Source: Iphione sp. A-MEVVRFRX5 (lineage: Eukaryota). Taken from it: a DNA stretch of 64,000 bases. Positions 63,184 to 64,000 of the stretch are shown here, in pieces; within the stretch, counting starts at the first letter, position 1, and each line of letters opens with the position of its first letter. The stretch spans positions 92,752,001-92,816,000 of the forward strand of contig OZ320313.1 of the NCBI GenBank assembly GCA_976226885.1, in the 5' to 3' direction. Both the position numbers and the translations under genes were made by a program. Below the pieces are notes generated by a model. The model worked only from the letters and a program-made list of their open reading frames with translations. It did no database searches and was not told where the DNA came from.

Positions 63184-64000
63184 TGTTTCTGTTTAGTCTC
63201 TTTACATGGGAGGTCTTAGCAATAAGGTGGAGTCAGCAGGCAGAGTGATGTTTATTACGGACACTAGGTGGAGTGGCAGTTTACATAAGTAATACTAGTG
63301 GTAGTATTTAGCACTACAGGGGGTATATCCATAACATCCCCTTTCTTTTAAAGAGATAGTCTTATTATAATATTACTCTTTGGTTTGTCTTCAGATGATA
63401 TATTTTGAGTGTCTCTTTTGATCTTAGTAATAGTACAGATAGAACTATCTATGAGTTAACATCTGTATCAGCTCTTTTCTAAATATTCTTAATGTATCTT
63501 AATCATAATCTTTGAAACTTGATCAACTAAAGTGTCTTTCAAAGGTGCTCTTTGAATGTCTTGCTTCAGCATCATGTCTGACTAAACAACATACTAGCTT
63601 TTTATATGTATCTTGTGCATATGTAAAAATAGCTATGCTAATCTATAATAGCACAGCATGTAGTGACTATCATAGGGTGTAGACTACCCTCAGTCACTAC
63701 AGGCATTATTCTGGCCTTGCTAGCTATTTGTTAACCTCTGTTTGGATTACTTATAGTCTTTCATCCAGCCTGGTGGGTTTATTGGCCTTCCACTCTTGGT
63801 AGTTTTGGATCCAGTGGTTGCACTTCTCAGTTTCATTGGGGAATGCTGAGTTGGCGACTGCTCTGTTATCTTCCTGGCCTTCTGTGGAGTTGGTGGGGAA
63901 GTTGTCGATGGTGTTTCAGGACAGCTCTTCATCTCAGATGGTGCTAATGGAGAAGTGGTGCAATCCAGCTCATTTGGTTCTAAGGTAGAGCAGATATGTT
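63184..64000 (-). mobile_element. 3' end of a Gypsy-like LTR retrotransposon (pol tail, PPT, ~153-bp 3' LTR at 63184-63336)
   Basis: Tail TKSGRPINPPGWMKDYK*, PPT AAAAGAAAGGGGA adjoining TGTT, AATAAA inside the LTR, ...AAACA end. Confidence 0.8.

Overview
Eukaryotic genomic DNA, probably from a marine invertebrate (inferred from the repeat content; the species cannot be determined). The window is mostly nested transposable elements. It contains seven DIRS1-type tyrosine-recombinase retrotransposon copies, all on the minus strand. Two are full length (9271-14611 and 27352-32748), with gag, RT/RNase H, an adenine-methyltransferase-like domain, a tyrosine recombinase (YR), short inverted terminal repeats (ITRs) and an internal complementary region (ICR) that reproduces the circle junction. 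Five are truncated or decayed. Other elements are L2/CR1-type and RTE LINE fragments, a Tigger/pogo transposase relic, a second DNA transposase relic, Gypsy-like LTRs (two solo LTRs of one family with 4-bp TSDs), several MITEs, minisatellites and a 146-N gap. The only host-gene piece I recognised is the first coding exon of a furin/kexin-type proprotein convertase (59135-59359, minus strand). I found no later exon, so the TE cluster may lie in one very large intron. No prokaryotic system, CRISPR array, tRNA or rRNA was found. The most promising leads are the co-oriented DIRS cluster, a DIRS-DIRS chimeric junction, a conserved TACGCTA motif array in the DIRS leader, the apparent mosaicism between the two full-length copies, and the uORF-rich convertase leader. 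All alignments were done by eye.
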